DNA of 40,080 bases from a virus (IMGVR_UViG_3300017700_000307:1-40080); one strand, 5' to 3'; shown: positions 1 through 9,328, numbered from the stretch's first letter. Translations and numbers: made by a program. Notes: generated by a model not told the origin, from the letters alone.

Positions 1-123
1 TGACCACCTCCCCACTGCGATAGAGTGTCACCCAGCGTACCGATGATAAGCTGCGCGGTTGACGGCTTCTTGTACGTCGGAACCACGGCATCCCGAGCGA
101 CGGGCCCCGTTCCAGGTGCAGAA
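1..123. repeat. Terminal direct repeat, copy 1 (circular assembly overlap)
   Basis: 1-123 is identical to 39958-40080. Confidence 0.97.
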
Positions 124-197
124 CGATCCTCCACGAGGTCACCCGGCGTGCGGCCCATCGGCGCTCCGAACAATCCCCGGCGTGTCGTACCCAACAT
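1..197 (-). CDS. 5' part of putative internal virion/ejection protein spanning the circular junction (continues to 39549; ~201 aa total)
   Basis: ATG at 197 (MLGTTRRGLFG...) reads in frame into VVPTYKKPSTAQLIIG..., matching ORF 39549..40043. Confidence 0.75.
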   Translation of the reverse strand, partial: MLGTTRRGLFGAPMGRTPGDLVEDRSAPGTGPVARDAVVPTYKKPSTAQLIIGTLGDTLSQWGGG

Positions 198-199
198 GC

Positions 200-865
200 T
201 CAACCCCCCGCGTATGCGCTGGCAGCGTTACCGGCTGCTTGCGCCAGTAGCTGTGCGATGGACTGTGACTGCTTTGTCGTGTTGTTGGTGTAGGAACCCA
301 ACAGCCCACCAATGCTGGACGCCGCCCCCGCTGCCGACTTAATCGGAGCTTGCTGCGATTCCAAGATGCTCTGGATGATCGACAGTGGCTGATACTGGCC
401 CGCCGAGATACCGGCAGCAGCACTAGCAGCGCCGTCCATGCGGTTACGCTCGTTGGTGTAATCGGTATAGCGCAGGTTGTTTTCATTCTTGGCGAGATTG
501 CTGGTGATGATGTCGCCAAATGCCGAACCACCCGTCAGACCACGCGTGCCCAAGGAGGCAGCGAGGCCATTGCGCACGCCTGCGTTAGTCTGGTCGATCT
601 GGCCCTGAAGGTAGGGATTACCTGCATCGAGATACTTCCCTGACGTGACATCTTGGTTGTACTGCATGGCCGACTTCACACCGGGATCGCCGCTGTTATA
701 CTTTTCGAGAAGGCCGGGAACAGCGCTACCCAGCGCATTCGCCGTGCTTGTAATCCCCGGCTGGGCCTGAGCGTAAGCCGAGTTCACATTACCAGCAGCG
801 CCTTCGATCTGCTGGCTGTAAATCGGCTTAGTCGTGGAGGTAGTTTTCGAGCTACTAAGACCCAC
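200..865 (-). CDS. Putative internal virion (DNA ejection/pilot) protein
   Basis: 221 aa, G/A/S/Q-rich, MGLSSSKTTSTT N-terminus; downstream of tail genes and upstream of the large ejection-protein gene. Confidence 0.6.
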   Translation of the reverse strand: MGLSSSKTTSTTKPIYSQQIEGAAGNVNSAYAQAQPGITSTANALGSAVPGLLEKYNSGDPGVKSAMQYNQDVTSGKYLDAGNPYLQGQIDQTNAGVRNGLAASLGTRGLTGGSAFGDIITSNLAKNENNLRYTDYTNERNRMDGAASAAAGISAGQYQPLSIIQSILESQQAPIKSAAGAASSIGGLLGSYTNNTTKQSQSIAQLLAQAAGNAASAYAGG

Positions 866-866
866 G

Positions 867-1241
867 CTACAAATCCTTCCGAAGTTCTGTCTGGTATAAC
901 GAATATCCGTGATCTTTCAACACCCGAGACCAAGCAGGGCGCGACGAGATACAGGCGAACGTAATGGCAAAACCACGTGCCCAGTCTTCCGATTCTTCGA
1001 TCAACGGCAAAATCGCGGACAAGGAGCCAACTGCCACCAACCCATGCAACTCTGTGGCGCCTGCCGGATACTGTTTCACCGTCACGACTATCACCGCATC
1101 GCTATTGGCAAAGATGCGCGCCTCGTTGTTGAGGATCTGAACGTCAAGCCAGTCGATCGTATGGCAACGCTGGTCCATCACTGAGATTATCTCGGATCGC
1201 CGCGACTGATACGCATCCCAATGTTCAGGCGGGTACATCAC
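867..1241 (-). CDS. Hypothetical protein, possibly GNAT-like fold
   Basis: 124 aa; tightly coupled; C-terminal SSRPAWSRVL..GY resembles small proteins found at this position in podoviruses. Confidence 0.55.
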   Translation of the reverse strand: MMYPPEHWDAYQSRRSEIISVMDQRCHTIDWLDVQILNNEARIFANSDAVIVVTVKQYPAGATELHGLVAVGSLSAILPLIEESEDWARGFAITFACISSRPAWSRVLKDHGYSLYQTELRKDL

Positions 1242-1402
1242 GGCACATCTACCCAGTCAGTGCCATCGTAATATTGCATCACGCCCGCATGATACCGCAC
1301 GTCTTCCGCCTGTGGCTTGCGGTTGATAAGCGTGTTGATGGCGTTGGCCACCAAGCGAGGCCAATCGGAGCGCTGAGCATCGACGGGAACGGGTTTGATC
1401 AT
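1238..1402 (-). CDS. Small hypothetical protein (54 aa, MIKPVPVDAQRSDWPRLVANAIN...)
   Basis: Read by hand (below ORF-track cutoff); stop overlaps start of 867..1241. Confidence 0.6.
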   Translation of the reverse strand: MIKPVPVDAQRSDWPRLVANAINTLINRKPQAEDVRYHAGVMQYYDGTDWVDVP

Positions 1403-1764
1403 AAAAATTTGCTCACGGTATCTAAATACCCGTTAAACCCCTTGACCACAATAAGTTCGCTGAACAATAAGGAGGTGTCAGACGGGCCACACGAAAGCGG
1501 CTTTTTTCTAGACAAGGAGAATGACCATGAAGAGTTTTCGTTAGTTATATGGTTGCCATCGGCACCTTTTATAAAATCTTGACCTTCTCGATCGTCGGCG
1601 TCGGCCGCGCGTTCGGCAGCACCTTCCAGGGCGCCGGCGCAATCTAGATCGCATTCCGCGGCTAGCACAGGCATATAGCGGGGCCTAGTACCCAACCCGC
1701 GAACTGAGATGGCATAGAGGGCCAGCGGTGACCATCCCCGCCTGTAGCGTAGGCCCTCTACCAT
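1399..1764 (-). other. Anomalous ~360 bp insert: coupled 121-codon ORF of atypical composition overlapping predicted RNA hairpins
   Basis: ATG overlaps upstream TGA; TGA overlaps downstream ATG; GC ~65% (1581-1760) vs ~41% (1401-1580) by hand count; several stems. Confidence 0.4.
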
Positions 1765-3182
1765 CACCGCCCCCCTCCCATAGCATAATCCACATCCAGC
1801 CCCTGTGCATACGACCACCGCACACCCTCAGCGATCGTTGTCGTAATCGCCAGATACTTCCCCCGCGCACGTACTGGAACCCTACCCGAGGCCTGCATAG
1901 TACCCGAAGTCACCAGCCCAATACGGTCCCCCATCCGCTGCCGCTGGTCGATGGAAATGGTAACCCCAGTGGTGGCGTCGGACATAGGCGTAAGGGACCG
2001 CACACGCGCCACCAGCGGATCAGCGAGTGCTTGCCATCCCATCGTAATCACAGCCTGAAGGTTAGGCCCCGCAAGCGCCCCGATACGGCTCAAACGGTCC
2101 ACCAGATACAGGCGAGGATCACCACCTTGGAACCGCGGATCGTCCAGCGAGTAGGGCATGGTGTCGAGGTCGGGATATAGCGCCGCCACGTCCTCCAGCG
2201 ACAGGCTGCTTTCATAGCCCGCAAACAGCCCTAGAAACGGTATCTCGATCGTGGAAGCGCGGTCCAGAACCCAGTTATAGACCCAGATCCTACCGGGAGT
2301 ACCGGGGACGCCCCAAAACACTAGCGAGCGCTTGGGGTCAATGGCCGACCACATCTTCTCATAATCTTCCGGCGACACCGAATCACGGAAGGCTTGGTCG
2401 AACTTCTCGTTGCCCAGAGGCTTCAGTGATTGCCCGTCCTCCAGCGACATGAAGCCGCGGTCGGAGAGGAAGAACACGGAGCGTCCTGCCTGAGCAATAG
2501 AGCCGGAGGAAGCACACCCGAAGTTGGGCGTAATCTCACTAAAGGAGAACGGCGCTGTAGCATCCCCAGTCCGCTCCATGCGCACCAGTCGGAAGCGCTG
2601 AAGAATGACGCCGTACTCGCCACCAGCAATGCCCTTGATCTCGCCACCGGTAAGCATCGGTTGGAACCCCGACTGGTCCACGCCCGCCGTCCATTTGGTG
2701 TGATCGTTGAAACCGGACCACTTCACCAGCAGCTTGTCGCCGCCGGCCTGCGTGATGACGACATAATCGCCAACCACAGCAACTCCGTTAGCGCTGGGGC
2801 AGCCCGTCAGATCCGACGCGGTACCCGCATTAAGGTCGATCTGCTTGGTAGTTACCCCGTTGACCGCGACCACGAAGTTGCCGAACTGCACGAACCGCCA
2901 GCGATCGGTGATGGACAGGCCTACGAGTAGATCTGTCCATCCGCCGCCTGAGTAGCGTGCTAGGCCATTCGCCGTGCCCGCCAGCAAGTAGGTGGTGCCG
3001 TCGGTCGAGATGGCCGCAAAACCGCCCTTGAACGTCGCCGGCAGCGGATCGGAGATGTTGGAGAACCCGCGTACCGGTCGATAGCCGTCGGCAGCGGGGA
3101 AAACGTTGATAGCCGCCGTCAGCACGTCGCGGGGTAGCTGATCGGGGAGATATGCGGGATAGGGGAGGCGTTTGGTACTCAA
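1764..3182 (-). CDS. Tail tubular / head-closure (nozzle-like) protein
   Basis: 472 aa, beta-rich, directly after adaptor; typical podovirus position and size. Confidence 0.65.
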   Translation of the reverse strand: MSTKRLPYPAYLPDQLPRDVLTAAINVFPAADGYRPVRGFSNISDPLPATFKGGFAAISTDGTTYLLAGTANGLARYSGGGWTDLLVGLSITDRWRFVQFGNFVVAVNGVTTKQIDLNAGTASDLTGCPSANGVAVVGDYVVITQAGGDKLLVKWSGFNDHTKWTAGVDQSGFQPMLTGGEIKGIAGGEYGVILQRFRLVRMERTGDATAPFSFSEITPNFGCASSGSIAQAGRSVFFLSDRGFMSLEDGQSLKPLGNEKFDQAFRDSVSPEDYEKMWSAIDPKRSLVFWGVPGTPGRIWVYNWVLDRASTIEIPFLGLFAGYESSLSLEDVAALYPDLDTMPYSLDDPRFQGGDPRLYLVDRLSRIGALAGPNLQAVITMGWQALADPLVARVRSLTPMSDATTGVTISIDQRQRMGDRIGLVTSGTMQASGRVPVRARGKYLAITTTIAEGVRWSYAQGLDVDYAMGGGR

Positions 3183-3835
3183 AACCTAGCCCCTCTCACT
3201 TGGCTAATCCCCCGCGTAACCAAAGGCGCCGAACCCCAGCGCGCTTTCTGTGCCGCCGACTGAATCGATCCCATCAGCGTCGATACCTCCTGCGCCGCCT
3301 GAGCCATACCCGATTCATCACGTTCACGACGAGCAAGGTGATACAGCACGCCAGCGACATACAAATCCGGGTGTTTCCTCAGGAGCCAGTTGGACACCTG
3401 CGCATCCGTCAGCCCCAAGATGCGCTGGTAATAGACCATCTCCACGGCAGCGGTGCCGACTGGCCCCACGCGGATGTTTCCGCCTTCCAAGGTGTACGCC
3501 ATCGGACAACCCGAGCGTCCGTAGTATGTGGCAAGCAGCCCCGACGGCGACATGCTAGCTAGCGGCTGGTCTGGCATGCCCTCCACGAAGATGAAGCGCA
3601 TTTCGAGAAAGTCAGCGGGCAGCGCGGTAAGGTCGCTCGATACGGTAAACACAGAACGCGTTTCCATATCTGGCGTCCGAAGCGTGCGGTTAAACTCCGC
3701 CTCAGCCTTCCTCAGCGCGCGGTCAATCGCCTCCTGATTGTAATCCGCGTCGTCCATCATGTCTCGGATCTCCGTCACCAACTCAGAGTAAGAGGTGATG
3801 GAGCCGGGAGCGTAGGTTGGGATTGCGATGGACAT
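3179..3835 (-). CDS. Head-tail adaptor protein
   Basis: 218 aa; ITSYSELV..., LPADFLE and NWLL.KHPDLY motifs typical of phage adaptors. Confidence 0.7.
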   Translation of the reverse strand: MSIAIPTYAPGSITSYSELVTEIRDMMDDADYNQEAIDRALRKAEAEFNRTLRTPDMETRSVFTVSSDLTALPADFLEMRFIFVEGMPDQPLASMSPSGLLATYYGRSGCPMAYTLEGGNIRVGPVGTAAVEMVYYQRILGLTDAQVSNWLLRKHPDLYVAGVLYHLARRERDESGMAQAAQEVSTLMGSIQSAAQKARWGSAPLVTRGISQVRGARF

Positions 3836-3874
3836 TTAGGATTCCCTGCGATGCGCCTGGGGTGATGGGTGGGG

Positions 3875-5233
3875 TTAGGCTTTGCGCAGAGCCATCTCGC
3901 GGATGTCCACGTTGCCCGAAGGCGCGGTCGCATCGGTTGCCGCACGGATGTAGACGCGGATTTGAATACCGGTGACGCCCGCGGCGATGACAAAGGTAGG
4001 CGTCCGTATTGTGCGCGAGAGGGTCGGATACTCGCGATCCGAGTTGCTCGCACTCCACGCCAGTCCATGAAAGGTGCGCGTCGCGCTGCCCTGTTCCAGA
4101 ACCTGCACGTCGACTGACTGGACGCCGACAAGCGCCGACTGGTCTATCTCGGCCTCGCCGTACACCGTGTCTCCAGCTTGGTATGTGGAAGCGCTGGGGA
4201 CGGTCGTCTGGTAGATTGCAAGCCGTTCTGACGTGGCACCCAAGCCTGTCGCACCCAACGTAACCCGTAGGAGCTGTCCACCGTTGATCGGATCGGCAGT
4301 AACTAGCGAGGCAACGCCCGTCATCACCGTGCCAGTGTCCCGAGCGGCGATCGTGCTAAGGGGAATATTACCGCTGAAACCCGCGCCCGATGCTGCTTGC
4401 GAGCCGGTCATGCGCGGGTTCGCATTCAGCGCGCCGAACGGGTTGTCAGTTGCGTCGTAGAGGTCTGCCGGCGAATAGATGGCGGCAGGGCGTGGCGGCA
4501 AGAATCGGTCGAAAATTGAAAACAGTCCACCCGAACCGCCGGCACCGGCGACCGTTAACCCGCCATAGCCGTTAGGATGCAGGCCATCACGGAACACTGA
4601 GCCGATCTGAGTATAGCTGGCGTTGCCCCAGTCTAGGGTGCGAACATCGGCATCGCCAACATAGAACTTGTTGGCAGGATAGACGAAAGCCTGCGAACGC
4701 AGCCAGGAATTGAACCGCTGAATACGACGCTTGGCGATTGCCTGATCACCGGCCGATAACGTGTACCATGCGCCACGCGGCATGATCGGCTGCGCGATGA
4801 CAGTTTTACCCGCAGCCACGAGACCCGCATAAATCGCGGTCATATTTGCAACAGTCGTGGCTATCGGCATTAACTGGTTCGTGAAGTCGTTCGTAGGACC
4901 CTGCACGACGATAATCGAGGCTGGCGATGCGACAACCTGAGGAAGGCGCGAGAGGAAGTCCGTGCTGTCCTTTGAGTCTACGCCGTAATTCAAATCGTAC
5001 CGCATTTGCGCGCGGCCCTTGAGCAGCGCGACAACTTGGCTGACCGGCCCTTTCGCTGAGAAGCTGCGTGTCGTGGTGTTGTTGCTCGAATTGTCGCTGC
5101 CGTCGAAGTTGGCGTTGGCGATGCTATCACCGAACGGTGCGATGATTGGAGGACCGGTCCGCGCCACCCCATCAGCAAACACAACCCCAGCGGCAGTGGC
5201 GGCGTCGGCTTCGGCCTGTGTTAGAAAGCCCAT
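3875..5233 (-). CDS. SGNH/GDSL hydrolase domain protein (probably virion-associated)
   Basis: Blocks FGDSI, GPTND and DGLHP, plus a C-terminal beta-rich domain. Confidence 0.8.
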   Translation of the reverse strand: MGFLTQAEADAATAAGVVFADGVARTGPPIIAPFGDSIANANFDGSDNSSNNTTTRSFSAKGPVSQVVALLKGRAQMRYDLNYGVDSKDSTDFLSRLPQVVASPASIIVVQGPTNDFTNQLMPIATTVANMTAIYAGLVAAGKTVIAQPIMPRGAWYTLSAGDQAIAKRRIQRFNSWLRSQAFVYPANKFYVGDADVRTLDWGNASYTQIGSVFRDGLHPNGYGGLTVAGAGGSGGLFSIFDRFLPPRPAAIYSPADLYDATDNPFGALNANPRMTGSQAASGAGFSGNIPLSTIAARDTGTVMTGVASLVTADPINGGQLLRVTLGATGLGATSERLAIYQTTVPSASTYQAGDTVYGEAEIDQSALVGVQSVDVQVLEQGSATRTFHGLAWSASNSDREYPTLSRTIRTPTFVIAAGVTGIQIRVYIRAATDATAPSGNVDIREMALRKA

Positions 5234-5237
5234 ATTC

Positions 5238-5429
5238 TTATCCTAACCGAGAAGTAAGCACGGAACCGTCAATGCGGCTGATCAAAGGTTGCCCGTCAAT
5301 ACGTGACAACAACGCATCACCACCAACCCCCGACTGCACACCCCCCATAGCTGACTGATAGTCATCCTGATTAGGATCCTGACTACCGCCCATAGCGGAG
5401 TTGATGAGGTCGCGGTTGGTGTTGGCCAT
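5238..5429 (-). CDS. Small hypothetical protein with internal repeats
   Basis: 63 aa; SAMGG x2 and SRIDG/SRIDG/SRLG; coupled to neighbours. Confidence 0.55.
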   Translation of the reverse strand: MANTNRDLINSAMGGSQDPNQDDYQSAMGGVQSGVGGDALLSRIDGQPLISRIDGSVLTSRLG

Positions 5430-5971
5430 TAGGAAGCACTCACGTCAGAACGGGCAATAGCAACCACGGATACAGACGCATCAGCGGGCGAACCGCCGAA
5501 CACGTTGAACCCGGTAAGCGATGCCGCAATGGCGTTCACGCCCGCCACCACCGTAGTAAGGATCGCCAGCACGTTCATCTGAGGCTGCGCAGGCAACGCC
5601 TGACTGCGATATCCCTTGATGATGCAACCGGTGTACGGCGTGCCTGCGCCTCCAGGCTGCAAGAACGACTCAACTACGCAAACCAGCGGCTGCGTCTTGT
5701 TGGTATCCACTTCCGTGATCGAGAACCCCGGCTTGTTCGTGAAGGACCGCGTGAACGTCACCGTAGCGCGTCCGTTGGCATCCAACACCGCATACGTCGT
5801 GCTGGTCAAGCGCGGGTGCTGATGGCCTTCCTGCGCGAACTTCATGGAATTGGTGCCAGTGTTGCCACCAGTGGTTTCCGAGCTGGGCGTTAACGTGGAG
5901 GGGCGTGGCATCACGGCGTCGATAAGAGCCTGAGCCTGACCAGACGTGATGCCCCCAGTAACCTCAGCCAC
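5429..5971 (-). CDS. Hypothetical virion protein
   Basis: 180 aa, T/G-rich, in structural operon. Confidence 0.55.
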   Translation of the reverse strand: MAEVTGGITSGQAQALIDAVMPRPSTLTPSSETTGGNTGTNSMKFAQEGHQHPRLTSTTYAVLDANGRATVTFTRSFTNKPGFSITEVDTNKTQPLVCVVESFLQPGGAGTPYTGCIIKGYRSQALPAQPQMNVLAILTTVVAGVNAIAASLTGFNVFGGSPADASVSVVAIARSDVSAS

Positions 5972-5973
5972 CG

Positions 5974-6369
5974 TTAAAACTCCGTCGCGGTGTAAGCGGA
6001 CGACGCGGCGGAGGCCACAACAGTGATAAGGTTGGTGGTGCGGATGTTTGTCGAGCCCCCAGCCGGCACGGTATAAGTTCCAGCCGTTCCGATAGCCGCA
6101 ACCCCACCGAATTCATTAATGCCAATCGTGTTGGCGCTGATGTTCTGAATGTTCAAACCTTTGCGGGCGGTATTGGCGGAGGCAAGAGTGGTGGAGCTAG
6201 TTCCTGCGGTGCCACTGCGATCTGTACCAGCCGTAAGCTGCCCCATCGGCGCGCCATCCGAACCTTCGGCAGAAATGCGGAGCGCGCCCCTCTGGGTCAG
6301 ACCCCAGCGCGACTGCTGACCATCCGCTAGGGTTAGGTTAGTCGCCCGGTAGATACCGTGTTCGCTCAT
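5974..6369 (-). CDS. Hypothetical virion (decoration/fiber-like) protein
   Basis: 131 aa, T/A/G-rich beta-type; RKGLNIQN motif. Confidence 0.55.
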   Translation of the reverse strand: MSEHGIYRATNLTLADGQQSRWGLTQRGALRISAEGSDGAPMGQLTAGTDRSGTAGTSSTTLASANTARKGLNIQNISANTIGINEFGGVAAIGTAGTYTVPAGGSTNIRTTNLITVVASAASSAYTATEF

Positions 6370-6380
6370 TACACCGCCCT

Positions 6381-6710
6381 TCAGATGATAAAGTTTCTGA
6401 CCCTCAGATAGCGGTAATCGGGGTGGTTTAATAGTCTTTTCACGCCATCCTTATGGTCTGGGTTCCACATCTCCACACCATATTTGGCTGCCCACTCGTA
6501 CATGACAATTGTGGGGATGTGTGCGGCGTGCCACATCTCGGAAGATTTATCCCAACTCTCAGCTTGCGCTTCCTTGTTGGCATCAAGAATGGGGGACACA
6601 TCCTGTTCGCGTCGGAAATGCCAGCGCCCCCCATCCTCGTCATCTGACGAAAACCAAGTCTTTAGACCCGTTGCGGGATCGTAATCAAAAAGCTTCTCGC
6701 CAGACATCAT
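6381..6710 (-). CDS. Hypothetical phage protein
   Basis: 109 aa; QDVSPILDANK...AHIP...LLNHPDYRYLR. Confidence 0.6.
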   Translation of the reverse strand: MMSGEKLFDYDPATGLKTWFSSDDEDGGRWHFRREQDVSPILDANKEAQAESWDKSSEMWHAAHIPTIVMYEWAAKYGVEMWNPDHKDGVKRLLNHPDYRYLRVRNFII

Positions 6711-6713
6711 GGC

Positions 6714-7202
6714 TTACTTCACCATCTTGCTTGCGCGGAGGTCTTTGGCAACGTCCTTCGACACCTTTGCCTTATCGCCCTTCGCCAGCGTGCGGCCATC
6801 GCCCAGATGTACGGGCTGGTCATTCGTGCCGGTGACTTCGACATAGTCAGACTCGTCGCGTGCGGTACGCGTTGCGCGGCCCTTGTCGTCCGTCTCGGTA
6901 ACCAAGTCGGCGTCGGGATCGGAGCGCTGTCCGTGCGGGTTCGGGTTTGCATCGGTGGGCGAAAGCGGATGTTCGACAACGGTTTCCCCGGCGACGTAAT
7001 CCGTGACATCCTTCGTCTCCTCCGTCTCGACACCCAGAGCCGCGGCAAGCTTGCCGGCTTCCGAGATGTCCGCATACTCTTCAGCGGGCTTTACGGGCTC
7101 ACCAAGCGGGTTTGCGGGCGGCAGGTCCTTGACGGCGGGGTGCTGCTCTTCAGCGCCCTCGTTGTTGTCCTTGCCCTGACTGTTCGTCTGTAGCTTCTTC
7201 AT
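6714..7202 (-). CDS. Acidic hypothetical protein downstream of capsid
   Basis: 162 aa; RBS GAGAGG upstream. Confidence 0.6.
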   Translation of the reverse strand: MKKLQTNSQGKDNNEGAEEQHPAVKDLPPANPLGEPVKPAEEYADISEAGKLAAALGVETEETKDVTDYVAGETVVEHPLSPTDANPNPHGQRSDPDADLVTETDDKGRATRTARDESDYVEVTGTNDQPVHLGDGRTLAKGDKAKVSKDVAKDLRASKMVK

Positions 7203-7220
7203 GAGTTTTCCTCTCTAAAT

Positions 7221-7250
7221 GGGCCTGTCTCATACAACGCCAAACAGGCC
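7221..7250 (-). promoter_or_regulatory. Stem-loop after capsid gene
   Basis: GGGCCTGT (7221-7228) / ACAGGCCC (7243-7250). Confidence 0.5.
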
Positions 7251-7259
7251 CTGTTAGGT

Positions 7260-8222
7260 TCAGACCAGGTCCGAGATCACGGCGTTGCCAGCATCATTTC
7301 TGCAAATTAGAGTTTCCTCCGAATACATCGCATCACGATCGGCAAGGCCCGTCGTCGCCAGCTTGCGCTTCTGGAGCGGATCGAGCGTACGGATGGCCCA
7401 CATCTCCGGATCCACAATCAGCGCATCACGCGCCGAACAAAAGCGATCCGGCACGAACTGAAGCTCGCCAACGTCCGACACATACACGTCGGCGCCTGCG
7501 ATGATCGTCAGCCGCTTGTTGCCCGACTCACGACGCTGCTGCGCCAGACCCGAGAACGTGGCCGCGATCTGCTTCTGTGCCAGCGACATGATAACGAGGG
7601 TGGGTTCGCCACCAGCGTTCCAGGCCGAAGCAATAGCCGCCTTCAGAAGGCTTTCCGTAAACGCCCGCTGCGTGCCGTTGGTGGCCGGCGCGTTCGGATA
7701 CCCCATCGTGGTGCCCGACAGCGTCGGATTGACGCCACCAGCGCCCCGCGAGGCATTGGTACGCATGAACGCCAGTGCGCCCGCTGCTTCGCCAGCAACC
7801 GTTGCCGACGGCGGAACCGCTGCATAGTTGCCGGTGTAACGCGCCTCACGATCGCGCTTCCATTCCTTACCAGCCTTGGCGATCTGGTAGGCATGCTCGT
7901 TCGCGCGGCCCGCTGCCTTGACAGCCTGCTGCGTGGTCGAGGTGCCGACGACCTTCGTGAAGATCTGGGTGTAGTTGCCCAGACGGGTCGTTGCAGGCCG
8001 GTTCTCGTTGCTCAGGTCATCGCCCTGTACCGCCTTGTTCTGCGGGTTGGCCGAAACCAGCGCATCCGTCTGCCACTCGGTATAGACGGCTTCAGCCTTC
8101 TCGCGACCGATTGCGGTAACGAACGGGGTTTCCGTGGGGCTGATGTTCGAGATCAGATCCGACAAGTCCTCGCGGTTGCCCACGCGGCTCATGGTCTGAA
8201 TGGTATTCGATGGTACTGCCAT
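7260..8222 (-). CDS. Major capsid protein (DUF5309-like)
   Basis: 320 aa; GNREDLSD.I.NISPTETPF, EWQTD.L and NYTQIF.K motifs; follows scaffold. Confidence 0.88.
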   Translation of the reverse strand: MAVPSNTIQTMSRVGNREDLSDLISNISPTETPFVTAIGREKAEAVYTEWQTDALVSANPQNKAVQGDDLSNENRPATTRLGNYTQIFTKVVGTSTTQQAVKAAGRANEHAYQIAKAGKEWKRDREARYTGNYAAVPPSATVAGEAAGALAFMRTNASRGAGGVNPTLSGTTMGYPNAPATNGTQRAFTESLLKAAIASAWNAGGEPTLVIMSLAQKQIAATFSGLAQQRRESGNKRLTIIAGADVYVSDVGELQFVPDRFCSARDALIVDPEMWAIRTLDPLQKRKLATTGLADRDAMYSEETLICRNDAGNAVISDLV

Positions 8223-8240
8223 GCTTAAAATCCTATGCCT

Positions 8241-8268
8241 ACTGTCTCACGACGTTGGCTGAGACAGT
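8241..8268 (-). promoter_or_regulatory. Stem-loop between scaffold stop and capsid RBS
   Basis: ACTGTCTCA (8241-8249) / TGAGACAGT (8260-8268). Confidence 0.5.
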
Positions 8269-8270
8269 GG

Positions 8271-9254
8271 TTAAAGTCCCATACGGGCAATCGCAGCCGC
8301 GGCATCCTTCACGTCGCCGCTCTTCTGCAAACGCTCGCGCGATTCGCGATAACCCCGACCTTCCGCGCTGCTGGGCTGGGCTGCGTTGGGCTTGGTGGTT
8401 CGCGCTTTCTTGCCATCACGAACGCGCTGCATCTGACGTGCCGTTGCGGCATCGTACTTTTCGGACTTCTCACGCCAGTCTGCTACCTGTCGAAGTGCCT
8501 TCAACTCAGCGGCGGTGGCGTGATCCATCTGGCTACGATCCAGTCCCAGCACATCGGCGGCGCCTAGTGCCTTCTTGAACCATTCTTCCCGCGTGGCTTC
8601 GTTCGCCACCTCGGGGATTGCCATCAGTTCACTATCCCGCTGCTGGATTTCAGCCTGCGACATGGCTTGACCGGCATCAGTGCCGAGCGATTCCGCCTGC
8701 TGCATGAACTCGTCATGCTGGGCCTTGGCGGCGTCGTACTGCGCTTTCTGAGCTATGTACGTTGCAGGGTCCTGATATGCCAAGTTAGGATCCGGCATCT
8801 GCGGAGCCAAAGACTCCCCGATTGCCTTCAACTGCTGGGCATAGCGTGCCTGCGCTTGTGCGTCGGCCTGTGCTGCGCGCTGGTCTGCTGCACGCTGGGC
8901 ATCTGCGGCCTTCGTCGTTGCGGTCTGCACCTGGGTCGCACGACGGCTCTCCAGGTCTGCCACGTAGCGCTGCGCCTCTGGGGTGAGGGCTGCGAACTTG
9001 GCCTTTTCCTCCGCGTTCAGGCTGGCGGGAGCGTCGATGGCATCCTTCGCGGGATGTTCGTCGTCGTCGCCTTCCTGCTCTTCTTCGTCGGCGTCGAGGT
9101 CTAGATCATCCTCGTTTGCTTCCTCGGAATTCTCATCATCCTTGGGGTCTTCCTGCTCCGTGTCGGAAAACTCGTCCAAGTTCAAACCGCTAATTGCTGC
9201 CGCTGCGCTATCGAGATCGTCGCCTGCGCCGGCTGTATCTTCATACTGGGCCAA
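8271..9254 (-). CDS. Capsid scaffolding protein
   Basis: 327 aa; acidic N-terminus, coiled-coil, C-terminal RL.KSG.V.DAAAAI; TTG start with GGAG RBS; immediately upstream of capsid. Confidence 0.8.
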   Translation of the reverse strand: MAQYEDTAGAGDDLDSAAAAISGLNLDEFSDTEQEDPKDDENSEEANEDDLDLDADEEEQEGDDDEHPAKDAIDAPASLNAEEKAKFAALTPEAQRYVADLESRRATQVQTATTKAADAQRAADQRAAQADAQAQARYAQQLKAIGESLAPQMPDPNLAYQDPATYIAQKAQYDAAKAQHDEFMQQAESLGTDAGQAMSQAEIQQRDSELMAIPEVANEATREEWFKKALGAADVLGLDRSQMDHATAAELKALRQVADWREKSEKYDAATARQMQRVRDGKKARTTKPNAAQPSSAEGRGYRESRERLQKSGDVKDAAAAIARMGL

Positions 9255-9328
9255 CTATAGTCTCCAAACTGCGGACTTGCAGTAATATGGAGTTACACGA
9301 ACACGAAGCGGCGCGCAATATGTCAAGA

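Noticed and set aside
1400-1765. FMN, cobalamin or lysine riboswitch, or group I intron identity for the insert
   Set aside because: Only scattered short resemblances (GCGGGG, GCCGACG, GGAAGG); consensus order and core helices not satisfied by eye
9298-9326. TTGACA upstream of the scaffold gene as a promoter
   Set aside because: No credible -10 at 17-bp spacing
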